This document shows positions 62,634 to 64,000 of a stretch of 64,000 bases of DNA, in pieces. The notes below the pieces were generated by a model that was given only the letters and a program-made list of their open reading frames with translations, made no database searches and was not told where the DNA came from. Position 1 is the first letter of the stretch. Every line of letters starts with the position of its first letter. Source of the DNA: Lama glama (lineage: Eukaryota); NCBI GenBank assembly GCA_028534125.1, contig CM052816.1, forward strand, positions 37,140,001 to 37,204,000, read 5' to 3'. Both the position numbers and the translations under genes were made by a program.

Positions 62634-64000
62634 AACCAATCATTGGCAGAACTGAAGGGAGAAAAAGACCACTCTGCAATAATAGTTGTAGATTTCATTA
62701 CCGTACTTTCAATAATGAATAGAACCATTTACACAGAACATCAAAAGGAAATAGGGGACTTGATCAACACTATAAACCAATTACACCTAACAGACATACA
62801 GAAAAATCCACAGAGCAACAGAAAAATTCATTTCAAGTGCACATTAAACATTTTCCAGGATAGGCCATATGTTAGACAATAAAACAATTCTCAATAAATT
62901 TTAAAAGATTGAAATCATACAAAGTATGTTTTATGGCCACAATGGAATGAAAGTTCAAATTAACAACAGAAGGAAAACTGGAAAATATGTGGAAATTAAA
63001 CAACATTGTTTTAAAAACAATGAGTCAAAGAAGAGATCACTAGAGAAATTAGAAAACACTTTGAGATGAAAAAAACAAAATCATAGCGTACCAAAACTTA
63101 CAGGATGCAACAAAAGCAGTATTCAGGAAGAAATATATAGCTGAAAAAAGACAACAAATATTTCAGATCAATAACCTAATATTTTACCATAAGGAACTAG
63201 AAAAATAATAGTAAATTAAACCCAAAGCAAGCAGAAGGAAGTAGAAAATAAAGAGTAAACAAAATAGAGAAAATAAAAACAATGGAAAGAATTCATGAAA
63301 ACAGAATTTTTTTCAAAAGATAAACAAAATTGATAAGTCCTTAGTTAAACAGGAGAAAAAAGAGAGAATATACAATAATTAAATTCAGAAATTAATACAG
63401 AGGCATTACTATGACCCTACAAAAACAAAGGATTATAAGAAATTACTGTGACAAATTGTATATCAGAATAGATAATCTAGATGAAATAGAAAAATTCCAC
63501 AAAGAGCTAACAATCAAATTAAGCAAAGTTGCAGAGTCAGGTGTTTTCCTATATACTGTCAATGAAAACCTGAAAAGGAAATAAAGATTAAAAATTTCAT
63601 TTAAAATAGCATCTAAAATAGAAATAGAAAAACACACAAATTACCAAATCTGATTTAAGTAGAAAATCTAACCACATCAATTACAAGTAGAGATTAAATA
63701 ATTGAACATCTCCAAACAATGAAAAATCCAACATTAGATGACTTCACTAAGTGGTGAGTTCTAATTATAAAGAATTAACACCAATCCTACTATAATTCTT
63801 CCCAAAAAAAATAGAAGAAGAAGAGAAGGGAACACTCATTACACATTTTATGAGGCAAGAATCACTCTGATAACAAAATAATAAACTACAATCAATATTT
63901 GTCATTAATATAAATACAATAATCCTCAACAAAATTATAGCAGAACAAATTCAACAGTACATTGAAAGAATGATACATCCTAAACAAGTATGACTTATCC
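62634..64000 (+). mobile_element. LINE-1 ORF2 endonuclease/linker region (dead), continues past the window end
   Basis: ORF 62595..62882 LAELKGEKDHSAIIVVDFITVLSIMNRT...EIGDLINTINQLHLTDI resembles the L1 EN domain (IIVGDFNTPLS..DR). Many stops and frameshifts downstream. Confidence 0.9.

Noticed and set aside
1..64000. Prokaryotic systems (CRISPR arrays, operons, IS elements)
   Set aside because: The sequence is mammalian repeat-rich DNA with no regularly spaced direct repeats and no gene-dense ORFs.

Overview
AT-rich mammalian non-coding DNA, most likely from a camelid (Camelus/Vicugna/Lama). The evidence is a Vic-1-like tRNA-derived SINE at 45489-45635 with a 17-bp target-site duplication. 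I find no credible protein-coding gene, RNA gene or CRISPR array: the ORF track consists of LINE-1 ORF2 debris, antisense or low-complexity noise, and frames running through a 500-N assembly gap (49425-49924). Much of the window is fossil transposable elements: LINE-1 of several ages, L2, MIR, ERVL/MaLR and ERV1-class LTRs, and a MER58A-like DNA MITE. L1 copies lie on both strands in similar numbers, which fits intergenic DNA better than an intron. The best leads are: two L1 copies with the 5' end fused directly to the 3' end (internal deletion or spliced L1); two twin-priming 5'-inverted L1s; an ERVL/MaLR provirus remnant with readable Gag peptides; a very decayed putative ERV pol/RNase H fossil; and several non-repeat patches that look like conserved enhancers. 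I see no convincing previously undescribed biological system. Repeat family names come from my recollection of consensus sequences, not from a database search, and most boundaries are approximate (+/- tens of bp).
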